Positions 1 to 9,367 of a DNA stretch of 64,000 bases are shown here, one piece after another. Position 1 is the first letter of the stretch. The number at the start of each line of letters is the position of its first letter. The stretch covers positions 5,039 through 69,038 of the forward strand of contig JBAYNU010000002.1 of assembly GCA_041678665.1 (NCBI GenBank), in the 5' to 3' direction. Position numbers and translations under genes: made by a program. Source of the DNA: Candidatus Magasanikiibacteriota bacterium. GTDB taxonomy: Bacteria > Patescibacteriota > Patescibacteriia > Magasanikbacterales > GWA2-37-8. The notes beneath the pieces were generated by a model. The model saw only the letters and a list, made by a program, of their open reading frames with translations. It did no database searches and was not told the origin of the DNA.

Positions 1-1359
1 TTGCCCAGAGCCAACAATTGGTGGGGGCCAGCGGGACAAACCGGACCATGCGGGCCTGATACGGAGATGTTTTATTGGAAAGGGGATACCGAATTTCCGC
101 CGGAGAATAGCAATCCCCAAACCGATGAAGATAATTGGTTGGAAATTTGGAACGATGTTTTCATGGAATATAATAAAACTGCGGATGGAAAGTATGAATC
201 ATTGGCAAAAAAGAATGTTGATACCGGCATGGGCTTGGAGCGAACTTTGGTGGTATTGAATGGTTTTGTTGATGTCTTTCAAATTGACACTTTTTGGCCA
301 TTGATTCAGAAAATTGAAGAAGTTTCCGGGCGTGAATATATTGAAAATATCAATATTACCAAGGCTATGCGTGTAATTGCCGATCATATTCGCACTGCCA
401 CCATGATTATGGGTGATGATCGCAAAATCGCGCCGTCCAATGTTGACCAGGGCTATATTGTGCGTCGGTTGGTTCGCCGCGCCGTGCGTTATGGCCGCGA
501 ACTGGGGCTTAAAGAAAATTTTTGTTCGCAGGTAGCCGAAGAAGTCATCAAAATTTTTGCCGATGTTTACCCGGAAATAGAGCGCAACCGCGAATTTATT
601 TTGGTAGAAATAGCCAAAGAGGAAAGTAAGTTTAGAAATACTTTAGAAAAGGGAATTAAAGAATTTGACAAATTAACAATTAACAATAAACAATTAACAA
701 TAACGGCAACGCAGGTTTTTGATTTGTATCAGAGTTATGGTTTTCCAGTTGAAATGACAGTGGAGTTGACCGAAGAGAGGGGATTGAAAGTAGATGTAAA
801 GGGATTTAAAGAAGAAATGAAAAAACACCAGGAACTATCCCGTGCCGGAGCTGAACAAAAATTTAAAGGCGGTTTGGCTGACCACGGCGAGATGTCAGTG
901 AAGTATCATACTGCTTGTCATTTGTTACTGGCGGCTTTGCGAGCGGTATTAGGCGAGCATGTAATACAGCGGGGGAGTAATATTACTGCCCAGCGCCTGC
1001 GTTTTGATTTTTCTCACCCGGAGAAAATGACCGATGATCAAAAAAAACGTGTAGAAGAGTTGGTTAATTATGCTATTACTCATGATTATCCGGTGGATTG
1101 CGCGGAAATGACCGTGCCCGAGGCCAAAACACTCGGCGCTATGGGCGTATTTGAAGATCGTTATGGCGCTAAGGTAAAAGTATATTCGGTGGGTGACCCC
1201 CAAACCGCGCCCGCCGCTCATGAAAATTCTCTCACTTTTTCCAAAGAAATTTGCGGCGGACCCCACGTAGAGCATACCGGCGTGTTGGGTAAATTTAGAA
1301 TAAGTAAAGAAGAATCCGTAAGCGCGGGAGTGCGGCGCATTAAAGCGATTTTAGAATAA
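1..1359 (+). CDS. alaS: alanyl-tRNA synthetase, C-terminal part (5' end outside window)
   Basis: ORF open at window start; GPCGPDTEMFYW class-II core end, editing-domain HxxxH/CGGPHV motifs. Confidence 0.85.
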   Translation: MPRANNWWGPAGQTGPCGPDTEMFYWKGDTEFPPENSNPQTDEDNWLEIWNDVFMEYNKTADGKYESLAKKNVDTGMGLERTLVVLNGFVDVFQIDTFWPLIQKIEEVSGREYIENINITKAMRVIADHIRTATMIMGDDRKIAPSNVDQGYIVRRLVRRAVRYGRELGLKENFCSQVAEEVIKIFADVYPEIERNREFILVEIAKEESKFRNTLEKGIKEFDKLTINNKQLTITATQVFDLYQSYGFPVEMTVELTEERGLKVDVKGFKEEMKKHQELSRAGAEQKFKGGLADHGEMSVKYHTACHLLLAALRAVLGEHVIQRGSNITAQRLRFDFSHPEKMTDDQKKRVEELVNYAITHDYPVDCAEMTVPEAKTLGAMGVFEDRYGAKVKVYSVGDPQTAPAAHENSLTFSKEICGGPHVEHTGVLGKFRISKEESVSAGVRRIKAILE

Positions 1360-1370
1360 TTTTTTTTAAA

Positions 1371-1820
1371 ATGTTTTCAAAGTTACTTGATTTTTTTTGG
1401 TCTTTGCGGAAACAGTTTTTAAAGTACGCCATTACTGGCGGGTCGGCGTTTATTTTGGACATGGGTACTTTGGTACTGTTTAAAGAAATATTTCATCTGC
1501 GTCCGGTGGTGGCGGTAATCATAAATCAGCCGATTGCTTTAATTTATGTCTTTCTTTTAAATAAATTTTGGACTTTTAAATCATCAGGGAAAATTCACCA
1601 TCAAGTTATCAAATTTCTCGCGCTCTACGCCGGTAATTACTTGTTTGCTATCATTTGGATGTGGTTATTTTCGGAAAAATTAGGATGGCATTATCTAGCA
1701 ATACGCATGGCTAATATCATTTTAGCGGTTAGCTGGAATTTTCTTTTATATAAGTATTGGATCTATCGAGAGACCCCTGTTAATAACCGAGCGTTTATAC
1801 CTATTGACAAAATAATTTAA
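1371..1820 (+). CDS. GtrA-family small polytopic membrane protein
   Basis: 149 aa, 4 predicted TM helices, N-terminal YAITGGSAFILD motif typical of GtrA-like proteins. Confidence 0.6.
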   Translation: MFSKLLDFFWSLRKQFLKYAITGGSAFILDMGTLVLFKEIFHLRPVVAVIINQPIALIYVFLLNKFWTFKSSGKIHHQVIKFLALYAGNYLFAIIWMWLFSEKLGWHYLAIRMANIILAVSWNFLLYKYWIYRETPVNNRAFIPIDKII

Positions 1821-1852
1821 TTTAGGTATTATATACCGCATAACATTTTATC

Positions 1853-2071
1853 ATGGTTAGTAAACAAGACATCATCGAACTTAAGGGTAAAATCACCGAG
1901 CTTTTGCCGGCTGGGACGTTTCGAGTGGAGCTCGAAAGTGGACAAGCAATTGTTGCTCATTTATCGGGTAAAATGCGTCTCAATAAAATTCGGTTATCAA
2001 TTGGAGACCAGGTAAAAGTAGAAATGACGCCTTACGATTTAACCAAAGGGCGAATAAATTATCGGTTCTAA
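1853..2071 (+). CDS. infA: translation initiation factor IF-1
   Basis: 72 aa S1-like OB fold; full-length match to IF-1 family. Confidence 0.9.
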   Translation: MVSKQDIIELKGKITELLPAGTFRVELESGQAIVAHLSGKMRLNKIRLSIGDQVKVEMTPYDLTKGRINYRF

Positions 2072-2253
2072 CAAATTATTTAACACAATATCAACCAGTG
2101 CGGTGTAGTCTCAATTTAGGGCCTTATGTCCAAGCGAGACGTGGATATCGCGGCAGTGGTTGGTGTTTTTTGATTACAATAATGCTAATAGCTAATAATT
2201 AACGTACTTATTAGTTTTGTACCATTAAATAATAAGTATAATTCTCGCATTTT

Positions 2254-2367
2254 ATGAAAGTTCAAGCATCTGTAAAAAAGATTTGCGCCAAGTGCCAAGT
2301 AGTGCGCCGCCAAGGTCGGGTGCGTGTTATTTGCGTTAATCCCAAACACAAACAAAGACAAGGATAA
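2254..2367 (+). CDS. rpmJ: 50S ribosomal protein L36
   Basis: 37-aa [40 protein letters not shown] with CxxC...CxxxxH zinc ribbon. Not in ORF track because shorter than 60 aa. Canonical position between infA and rpsM. Confidence 0.85.
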   Translation: MKVQASVKKICAKCQVVRRQGRVRVICVNPKHKQRQG

Positions 2368-2395
2368 AAATTCTAATCTATAAATTTTCAATATT

Positions 2396-2782
2396 ATGCG
2401 TATTGCTGGTATCAACATTCCTAAGGAGAAAAAAATCTTATATTCTTTGCCTTATATTTACGGTATTGGGCCAACTTTAGCCGCCAAAGTTCTTAAAGCT
2501 GCCGGCCTTGATGGTAATATCCGCACCAAAGATCTAAGTAGCGAGCAGGAAGATAAATTACGCGCTATTGTAGAAAAAGGCTACAAAACTGAAGGCGACT
2601 TACGTCGTGAAATTATGGCTAATATTAAACGGATGAAAGATATTAAATGCTATCGTGGTGTTCGTCACATGAAGCATTTGCCGGTACATGGTCAGCGTAC
2701 CAAAACCAATTCACGCACAGTGCGTGGTAACGTGCGCAAAACTGCCACTTCCGGTAAAAAATTGTCTACTCAAAAAACCTAG
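2396..2782 (+). CDS. rpsM: 30S ribosomal protein S13
   Basis: MRIAGINIP...YGIG... S13 signature; operon context. Confidence 0.95.
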   Translation: MRIAGINIPKEKKILYSLPYIYGIGPTLAAKVLKAAGLDGNIRTKDLSSEQEDKLRAIVEKGYKTEGDLRREIMANIKRMKDIKCYRGVRHMKHLPVHGQRTKTNSRTVRGNVRKTATSGKKLSTQKT

Positions 2783-2827
2783 CATCACGATTTTTTATAC
2801 TAATCATACGAACCAATTAATAAATTT

Positions 2828-3259
2828 ATGACAGAAGAGCAAAAAAAACCAAATGAGCCCATCGTCAAAAAAGAGGCTGAAGTAAAAACTAAAAAGAAAA
2901 AAGTTGTTAAGCAAATACCCCGTGGCAACGCCTATATTCAAGCTACTTATAACAACACCATCGTTACTATTACCGATCCCAATGGCAATGCTTTGGCTTG
3001 GTCTTCAGCCGGCATCGCCGGTTTTAAAGGACCAAAAAAGGCTACTCCTTATGCGGCTAGTATGGTGGTCAAAGCGGTGGCAGATAAAGTAGCTCCTTAT
3101 GGAATCAAAGAAGTTTGCGTATTTATTAAAGGTATTGGTGGCGGGCGCGAGGGAGCGATTCGTGCTTTTAATATTAATGGTTTAAATGTGGTGGCTATCA
3201 ACGAAGTTACGCCGATCCCGCACAATGGTTGTCGACCGCCCAAACGTCGTCGCGTATAA
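2828..3259 (+). CDS. rpsK: 30S ribosomal protein S11
   Basis: S11 family signature; operon order S13-S11-S4. Confidence 0.95.
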   Translation: MTEEQKKPNEPIVKKEAEVKTKKKKVVKQIPRGNAYIQATYNNTIVTITDPNGNALAWSSAGIAGFKGPKKATPYAASMVVKAVADKVAPYGIKEVCVFIKGIGGGREGAIRAFNINGLNVVAINEVTPIPHNGCRPPKRRRV

Positions 3260-3277
3260 AGTTATAATTATTTTATT

Positions 3278-3904
3278 ATGTCTAAAGTTTACGATTCAAT
3301 TTGTTCTCAATGCCGCCGCGCCGGTCAGAAGTTATTTTTAAAAGGAGAGAAGTGTTTAGGGCCAAAATGTCCGATGATTAAAAGAAATTTTATTCCCGGA
3401 CAGCATGGTCCGACCGCCAGAAATAAAAAGTTATCTGGCTACGGCAAACAACTCCGCGAAAAGCAACAAGCCAAAAAAATGTATGGCTTGCGCGAAAAAC
3501 AATTTGCCAATTACGTATCCGAAGCTTCGCGAAAAACCGGTGATACCAGTAAATATTTTGTTACTTATTTGGAATCACGTTTGGACAATGCGGTATTTCG
3601 CATGGGCTTGGTAACGTCTCGTTCAGCTGCGCGCCAATTGGTTAGCCATGGCAATATCACTGTTAACGGTAAAAAAGTAGATATTCCATCTTACCGTGTT
3701 TCCGTCGGAGAAGAGATTGCCCTCAAAGAAAGCATGAAAAGCAGAAAATTGTTTGAAAATATTTTTGAACGACTGTCTAAGATAGAAGCGCCGTCATGGA
3801 TGCATGTTGATGCTAAAAAGGTATCTTTTAAAGTGTTAAATACCCCAACTTTAGATAGCGCGCCATTTAACTCCAAAGCCATCATCGAGTTTTATTCTCG
3901 TTAG
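3278..3904 (+). CDS. rpsD: 30S ribosomal protein S4
   Basis: N-terminal C4 zinc ribbon (CSQCRR...CLGPKCP), S4 domain. Confidence 0.95.
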   Translation: MSKVYDSICSQCRRAGQKLFLKGEKCLGPKCPMIKRNFIPGQHGPTARNKKLSGYGKQLREKQQAKKMYGLREKQFANYVSEASRKTGDTSKYFVTYLESRLDNAVFRMGLVTSRSAARQLVSHGNITVNGKKVDIPSYRVSVGEEIALKESMKSRKLFENIFERLSKIEAPSWMHVDAKKVSFKVLNTPTLDSAPFNSKAIIEFYSR

Positions 3905-4013
3905 TAATTTTCGCTTTTTTGTGGATCAATTTTGTCAATATATCTAAAGATATATACTCATTCGTTCGGAAAAGATTAAACACATTTAATCTTTTCTCTC
4001 ACTTATATCGTAT

Positions 4014-4853
4014 ATGGAAAACCTGCTTCTGCCATCCAAAGTGGAATTTATGGAGGGGGCCACTCCAAATTCCAGCACGGTAATTATCACTCCGTGTTTT
4101 CATGGTTACGGCACCACTTTAGGCAACAGTTTGCGCAGAGTTTTGTTGTCTTCTTTACCGGGAGCAGCCGTTGAAGCTTTCAAAATTAAAGGCGTACAGC
4201 ATGAGTTTAGCACTGTAGAAGGTGTTAAAGAAGATTTGGTAGAAATAATGTTGAATCTCAAGCAAATGGCTGTTAAGGTTTTTACTGATGAGCCGGTAGT
4301 CATTTCTTTAACTAAAAAAGGACCGGGCAAAGTTACTGCTAAGGATTTTGCTCCCAATGCCAATGCTGAAATTTTTTCCAAAGATTTGGTAATTGCCAAT
4401 TTAACTTCCAATAAAACTTTAGAAATGGAAATAATTGTAGGTAAAGGACGAGGATTTAGACCGGTAGAAGAGAAGGACCGTAAAAATTATGATTTAGGCA
4501 CTATAGTAATCGACTCTATTTATACTCCAATTCGCGACGTCGGATATAAGGTAGAATATACCCGCATGGGCGATATTACTAACTACGAAAAACTAGTTTT
4601 GAATATAGAAACCAACGGCACTATTTCGCCTTCCGAAGCCTTGCATCAAGCCACCCAAATTTTAATGGATCATTTTACTATTGTTTTGGATTCGGTAAAA
4701 GATAACATTACCACCGCAAAATTTAACACTGTTAAAGAAGCAAAGGTAGTAGTTGAGAATAATGTGGAAGAAAAAGAGGAAAAAGTTTCCAAAGCTAAAA
4801 TCAAAAAAGAAAAAATCATTAAGGAAAAAGTTAAAAAATCTAAGAAAAAATAA
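4014..4853 (+). CDS. rpoA: DNA-directed RNA polymerase alpha subunit, N-terminal domain only, with K/E-rich tail in place of the alpha-CTD
   Basis: alpha-NTD dimerisation domain through about residue 230, then 45-aa lysine/glutamate tail. No HhH alpha-CTD detectable. Confidence 0.85.
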   Translation: MENLLLPSKVEFMEGATPNSSTVIITPCFHGYGTTLGNSLRRVLLSSLPGAAVEAFKIKGVQHEFSTVEGVKEDLVEIMLNLKQMAVKVFTDEPVVISLTKKGPGKVTAKDFAPNANAEIFSKDLVIANLTSNKTLEMEIIVGKGRGFRPVEEKDRKNYDLGTIVIDSIYTPIRDVGYKVEYTRMGDITNYEKLVLNIETNGTISPSEALHQATQILMDHFTIVLDSVKDNITTAKFNTVKEAKVVVENNVEEKEEKVSKAKIKKEKIIKEKVKKSKKK

Positions 4854-4876
4854 TTGTAAAATAATATTTTTGTATT

Positions 4877-5227
4877 ATGAGACATCAAATGAAGAAAGTT
4901 ACTCTGGATCGTAAAGCTGCGCCGCGTCGAGCTCTTCTTTGTGGTCTGGTGTCCAGTTTGGTTTTATACGAAAAAATTACTACTACCAAAGCTAAAGCTA
5001 AAGCGATTAAACCGCTTATAGAAAAAGCAATTACCAAGGCTAAGAAAAATGATCTTGCGAATCGCCGTGCTTTATTGGCTCAACTGCATGCTAAAAATGT
5101 AGTTAGTAAACTCATAGAGGTTTTGGGGCCACGTTATACCACTCGTCAGGGTGGTTATACCCGCATTGTTAATTTGGGTAATCGCAAAGGCGATGGCGCG
5201 CAAGAGGTGGTAATAGAATTTGTTTAA
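4877..5227 (+). CDS. rplQ: 50S ribosomal protein L17
   Basis: L17 family signature; follows rpoA as in the alpha operon. Confidence 0.9.
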   Translation: MRHQMKKVTLDRKAAPRRALLCGLVSSLVLYEKITTTKAKAKAIKPLIEKAITKAKKNDLANRRALLAQLHAKNVVSKLIEVLGPRYTTRQGGYTRIVNLGNRKGDGAQEVVIEFV

Positions 5228-5245
5228 AAGGGTAAATTTAATCTT

Positions 5246-5596
5246 ATGTCAAAACGAAAAACCATAAAAATTGATGCCCTCGGTCAAGTGCCGGGTAGGT
5301 TGGCCACTCAAATCGCCACTATTCTTATGGGCAAAGACAAAGCAACTTATGCCCCGCATCTTGACGCAGGTAGCATCGTAAAAATTGCCAACGTTGGTAA
5401 AGTAAAATTTACCGGAAAAAAGATAGATCAAAAATTATATCGTCATCACTCCAATCATCCGGGTGGTCTCAAAGAGATTCCCGCTAAAAAAATGTTGGCT
5501 GAAAATCCAGAGCGTATTATTATTAGAGCAGTGGAAAAAATGTTGCCAAAAAATAAATTACGCGATCTTAGAATGGCACGCTTAAAATTTGAATAA
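5246..5596 (+). CDS. rplM: 50S ribosomal protein L13
   Basis: L13 family; L13-S9 pair. Confidence 0.85.
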   Translation: MSKRKTIKIDALGQVPGRLATQIATILMGKDKATYAPHLDAGSIVKIANVGKVKFTGKKIDQKLYRHHSNHPGGLKEIPAKKMLAENPERIIIRAVEKMLPKNKLRDLRMARLKFE

Positions 5597-5626
5597 ACCA
5601 TTTTATTTCACTCATTCATTTCGACT

Positions 5627-6034
5627 ATGACTAAAATAAATAAGAACCCGTCAGTTTTTAGAGCCGTGGGACGACGTAAAACCGCCAGTGCTCGTGTTAA
5701 AATTGACAAAGGCAGTGGTAAAATCATCGTCAACGGCGTAGATTACAAAATATATTTTCCTCATTTTGAGCTGAATGAGTCAGTGTTGGCTCCTTTGAAG
5801 GCGGTAGGAAAAGAAAAAGATCTAGATGTGTCAGCAAAAGTTTCTGGCGGTGGCAAGAAAGGTCAAGCCACTGCTGTTCAACATGGGATTGCGCGTGTTT
5901 TGGTGATTTGGAATGATGAATTTCATAAGACTCTCAAAACACAAGGGTATCTTACTCGCGATCCTAGATCAAAAGAACGAAAGAAATTTGGTCTCAAAAA
6001 AGCCCGACGCGCACCACAGTGGTCGAAGCGGTAA
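5627..6034 (+). CDS. rpsI: 30S ribosomal protein S9
   Basis: C-terminal ...KKARRAPQWSKR S9 signature. Confidence 0.9.
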   Translation: MTKINKNPSVFRAVGRRKTASARVKIDKGSGKIIVNGVDYKIYFPHFELNESVLAPLKAVGKEKDLDVSAKVSGGGKKGQATAVQHGIARVLVIWNDEFHKTLKTQGYLTRDPRSKERKKFGLKKARRAPQWSKR

Positions 6035-6050
6035 AAAATATTTTCAAATT

Positions 6051-6075
6051 CACCCCTTACCAAAGGGGTGTTTTG
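6051..6075 (+). terminator. intrinsic terminator after rpsI
   Basis: CACCCCTT-acca-AAGGGGTG stem followed by TTTT. Confidence 0.6.
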
Positions 6076-6155
6076 ATATTGACATGCGGTTACTTTCGTG
6101 CTACTGTATTTTTGGTTTCTTTCGATACTAACTTTGAAAAATCATGGAGGGTGTT

Positions 6156-6599
6156 ATGAAACAACAGCTGTTGATTCTGACGACGGCAGAGGAGAAGGCT
6201 GATCGGTTGAACCCCTTTCTCGGCTACTTGGCGAGATTCTTTGAGAGGCTGATATTTGCTTACGAAGAAGATGCCGCCAAGATTTCCCTGGCCGAGCGGC
6301 CGGATATGGTGTTATTTTTCTTCTTTGAATCCTCGCCGTACCAGGATCCCGAGTTCGCTCAAGGATGGAAGTGGCATACCATCGACCTGCTGAGGTGGAT
6401 ACGGAAGGGAGAGCAAGGGGAATGGGGACTCCATGTCCCTGTAGCCGTGATTAGGCACGAGGCCGGTCACGACCGGTGGGAAGATCAAATCACGGGAGAA
6501 TTGGGAAACTTTCTTCCCCCCGGGTTTATTCTCACCACCTCCGCTGGAGGGAACACGGCAGAAGAAATTCTTGCCATGCTGAATTCAATCCTCAAATAG
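6156..6599 (+). CDS. hypothetical protein encoded on a GC-rich island (about 50% GC versus under 40% in flanks)
   Basis: ORF 6144..6599. GGAGG SD is 4 nt before the second ATG at 6156. No recognisable family. Flanked by terminators. Confidence 0.5.
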   Translation: MKQQLLILTTAEEKADRLNPFLGYLARFFERLIFAYEEDAAKISLAERPDMVLFFFFESSPYQDPEFAQGWKWHTIDLLRWIRKGEQGEWGLHVPVAVIRHEAGHDRWEDQITGELGNFLPPGFILTTSAGGNTAEEILAMLNSILK

Positions 6600-6623
6600 C
6601 AAGTACACGGTGATTGCCAGCCA

Positions 6624-6651
6624 CCGGGCGTTCATAGCGCCCGGTTTTTTT
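6624..6651 (+). terminator. intrinsic terminator after GC-rich ORF
   Basis: CCGGGCG-ttcata-CGCCCGG perfect 7-bp stem followed by TTTTTTT. Confidence 0.7.
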
Positions 6652-6652
6652 G

Positions 6653-6681
6653 TTGTCAAAATAGCGGAAAAAAGGTATAAT
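6653..6681 (+). promoter_or_regulatory. sigma70-like promoter (TTGTCA-17-TATAAT) 6 nt upstream of the flippase ATG, implying a leaderless or near-leaderless mRNA
   Basis: TTGTCA at 6653-6658, TATAAT at 6676-6681, ATG at 6688. Confidence 0.4.
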
Positions 6682-6687
6682 TTTATC

Positions 6688-8118
6688 ATGTCCTACACCG
6701 TCGCCCAAAACACCTCCTTTCTAACCATTGCTTCGGTTTTACAAAAAGCCATTTCTTTTGTTTATTTTACCATCATCGCACGCCTGATTGGAGTAGAGAA
6801 CACCGGCGTGTATTTTTTTGCCATTGCTTTTACCAGTATTTTTTCCGTGGTGGCGGATTTTGGTTTGGCTTCGGTGCTCACGCGCGAACTGGCCAAAGAC
6901 CAAGGGCGTTCGCAATCGTATATCAATACCATCCTTTGGTCAAAAATTATTTTTGGTTTGGTGGCCTACGCGCTCATAGCGGTGGCCGTCAACATTTTAA
7001 ATTATCCCACTATCCTCAAAGACCTCGTTTACCTGTCCGGCATTACCATGTTTTTTGACAACTTGCACATGGTGTTTTACAGCGTATTTCGAGCGCACCG
7101 CAATTTGGTTTATGAAGCCATCGGGCTGGTCGGATCGCAAGTACTCACTCTCGTTATCGGTACGGTGGCGCTATTTGGCGGGGGAGCACTCTACTGGCTT
7201 ATTTTGGCCTACACCATTCCCGCCATCATCAACGCCGTTTATTCCGGATTTTTCGCGCGCCGCAAATTCGCGTTGCGTTTCAGTTTTTATTTTGACCGCG
7301 CCGTATTCAAATTATTTTTTCTCATGGCCGTGCCGTTTGCCTTAGCCGGCATCATCACACGTCTGTATGCGTACAGCGATTCGCTTATCATGTCCAAATT
7401 GCTTTCCGCCCGAGAGCTGGGGTATTGGAGCGTGCCGTACAAAATCACTTTCGCCTTTCAATTTATCCCTATGGCGTTATCTGCCAGTATTTATCCGGCT
7501 TTTAGCGCGTTTTTCTTACATTCTCCTCATAAAATTTCCGATTTATTCGCCAAATCTTGGCGCTACCTGTTTACTATTGTTTTTCCATTAGTTATTGGCA
7601 TTATTGTTTTGGCCAAGCCGACAATTCATTTACTTTATACCCCAAGCTATAACGCGTCTGTTCCGGTTTTACAAATTTTAGTGGTTGGTTTAGTTTTTAT
7701 TTTTCTTAGTTTTGTTACCGGTGCTTTTCTCAACGCCACCAATCGCCAATCCATTCAGACTGCTTTGATGGCCATCGCTTTAGCCATCAATTTAGCTAGC
7801 AATATTATTTTGATTCCACGTTTTGGAATTATCGGCGCCGCCATCTCCGCTTTAATTAGTAATTTAATTTTGTGGTTAAGCGGGTATATTATCGTTCAAA
7901 AAATAGCCCGTATTAATAGCGGTGAAATTATAAAATATTTTTTACAAACATTTATTCCGGCGGTAGTAATGGGAACGGTGGTATATTATTTGAGTGCGCG
8001 CATCTATTTTATTTGGACCATACCGATAGGAGCGGTGGTATATTTTATATTACTGTTCTTAACCGGTGGAATAAATATTGGATTATTAGTAAAAAAGTTC
8101 AAAGATATTAAGTCTTAA
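6688..8118 (+). CDS. polysaccharide biosynthesis protein / oligosaccharide flippase (MOP/Wzx-like)
   Basis: about 14 TM helices, polysaccharide-biosynthesis-protein family architecture; start chosen at MSYTV (ORF track begins at 6610). Confidence 0.7.
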   Translation: MSYTVAQNTSFLTIASVLQKAISFVYFTIIARLIGVENTGVYFFAIAFTSIFSVVADFGLASVLTRELAKDQGRSQSYINTILWSKIIFGLVAYALIAVAVNILNYPTILKDLVYLSGITMFFDNLHMVFYSVFRAHRNLVYEAIGLVGSQVLTLVIGTVALFGGGALYWLILAYTIPAIINAVYSGFFARRKFALRFSFYFDRAVFKLFFLMAVPFALAGIITRLYAYSDSLIMSKLLSARELGYWSVPYKITFAFQFIPMALSASIYPAFSAFFLHSPHKISDLFAKSWRYLFTIVFPLVIGIIVLAKPTIHLLYTPSYNASVPVLQILVVGLVFIFLSFVTGAFLNATNRQSIQTALMAIALAINLASNIILIPRFGIIGAAISALISNLILWLSGYIIVQKIARINSGEIIKYFLQTFIPAVVMGTVVYYLSARIYFIWTIPIGAVVYFILLFLTGGINIGLLVKKFKDIKS

Positions 8119-8121
8119 ATT

Positions 8122-9255
8122 TTGATTATGAAAACGCTCATTGTTACTTTGGAATACCCGCCTACGATTGGCGGAATTGCCAGTTATGCTTATAATTTTG
8201 CCAAACATCTTAACTCCGCCGAAACTATAATTTACGCCCCCCTAATTCAAGGAGCGAAACAGTTTGATGCGCAAAGTTCGCTTACGACTTATCGTCGTCG
8301 TCCTTTTTTTTGGATTATTTGGCCTCACTGGTTAAAATCTTTATGGCAAATTTGGCGGATTGTCAAAAAAGAAAAAATTGAAATAATCCACGTTCACCAT
8401 GTTTTACCGATGGGTTATATTGCTTATCTAATAAATAGATTTTTAAAGATACCTTACATTATTTTTTTGCATGGCAGTGATTTGCGTTTTGCCACCAGTA
8501 GTCAATTTAAACGAAAAAAATTTGGTTTTTTGTGTCGATCTGCTCAAAAAATTGTGGTTAATAGTCAATTTTCAGAAGCTCTGTTGAAATCCCTGGTAGA
8601 ACAATTGCCGACAGTGGAAGTGCTGTATCCTTGTCCAAGCGATGATTTTGTTGCTGCCACTTATTTGCCGGAAGAAATTAATAAAATAAAATCCCAGTTG
8701 GCTTTAAATGGAAAAAAAGTTATTATTTCCACCGCGCGTTTGGTAGAAAGAAAAGGGCATGCGTTGTTTATTCCGGCATTAATAAAAATTATTAAGGAAG
8801 TTCCTAACGCAGTTTGGTTAATAATTGGCGACGGTCCAGAAAAACCAACAATTGTTAGTTTCATTCAAAAAAATAATTTGCAAAGCGTGGTGCGTTTTTT
8901 ACCAAGTCAGCCACCTTCGGAAGTGGTCAAATTTTATCATTGCGCCGATGTTTTTGTTTTATTGACACACCAAGATAAAGACGGAGTGGACGAAGCTTGG
9001 GGGATAGTGTTTATGGAAGCCGCAGTCAGCGGATTGCCGGTGGTAGCCGGAAAATCAGGGGGGGTAGGGGAGGCGGTAGCCCATTTGTCTACCGGGTTAG
9101 TAATAGACGCTCACAATACCAATCTGGTAGCTACTTCAGTTATTGAATTGCTAAAAAATCCTGACTATGCCCATCAGATGGGGTCGGCCGGAAAAGAGCG
9201 AGTAAAAAATGAATTTACCTGGAAAAATCAAATGAAGAATTTCATTGAAAATTGA
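8122..9255 (+). CDS. glycosyltransferase family 4 (GT-B, GT1 clan)
   Basis: C-terminal E...GLPVVAG...GG motif typical of GT4 enzymes. Confidence 0.85.
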   Translation: MIMKTLIVTLEYPPTIGGIASYAYNFAKHLNSAETIIYAPLIQGAKQFDAQSSLTTYRRRPFFWIIWPHWLKSLWQIWRIVKKEKIEIIHVHHVLPMGYIAYLINRFLKIPYIIFLHGSDLRFATSSQFKRKKFGFLCRSAQKIVVNSQFSEALLKSLVEQLPTVEVLYPCPSDDFVAATYLPEEINKIKSQLALNGKKVIISTARLVERKGHALFIPALIKIIKEVPNAVWLIIGDGPEKPTIVSFIQKNNLQSVVRFLPSQPPSEVVKFYHCADVFVLLTHQDKDGVDEAWGIVFMEAAVSGLPVVAGKSGGVGEAVAHLSTGLVIDAHNTNLVATSVIELLKNPDYAHQMGSAGKERVKNEFTWKNQMKNFIEN

Positions 9256-9367
9256 GACTGTTTTATCGCGACCAATCTTATCCACAGGTTAAAATTGACC
9301 TAGATTTATTATGTGATATACTAAATTATAACTCACACGCGAGTTGTTTTTATTTGATTTATTTTTT

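Noticed and set aside
7055-7591. Internal same-strand alternative-frame ORFs within the flippase gene (96 and 74 aa)
   Set aside because: They are embedded in a continuous 14-TM membrane-protein ORF and have Pro/Arg/Trp-rich composition typical of off-frame translation.
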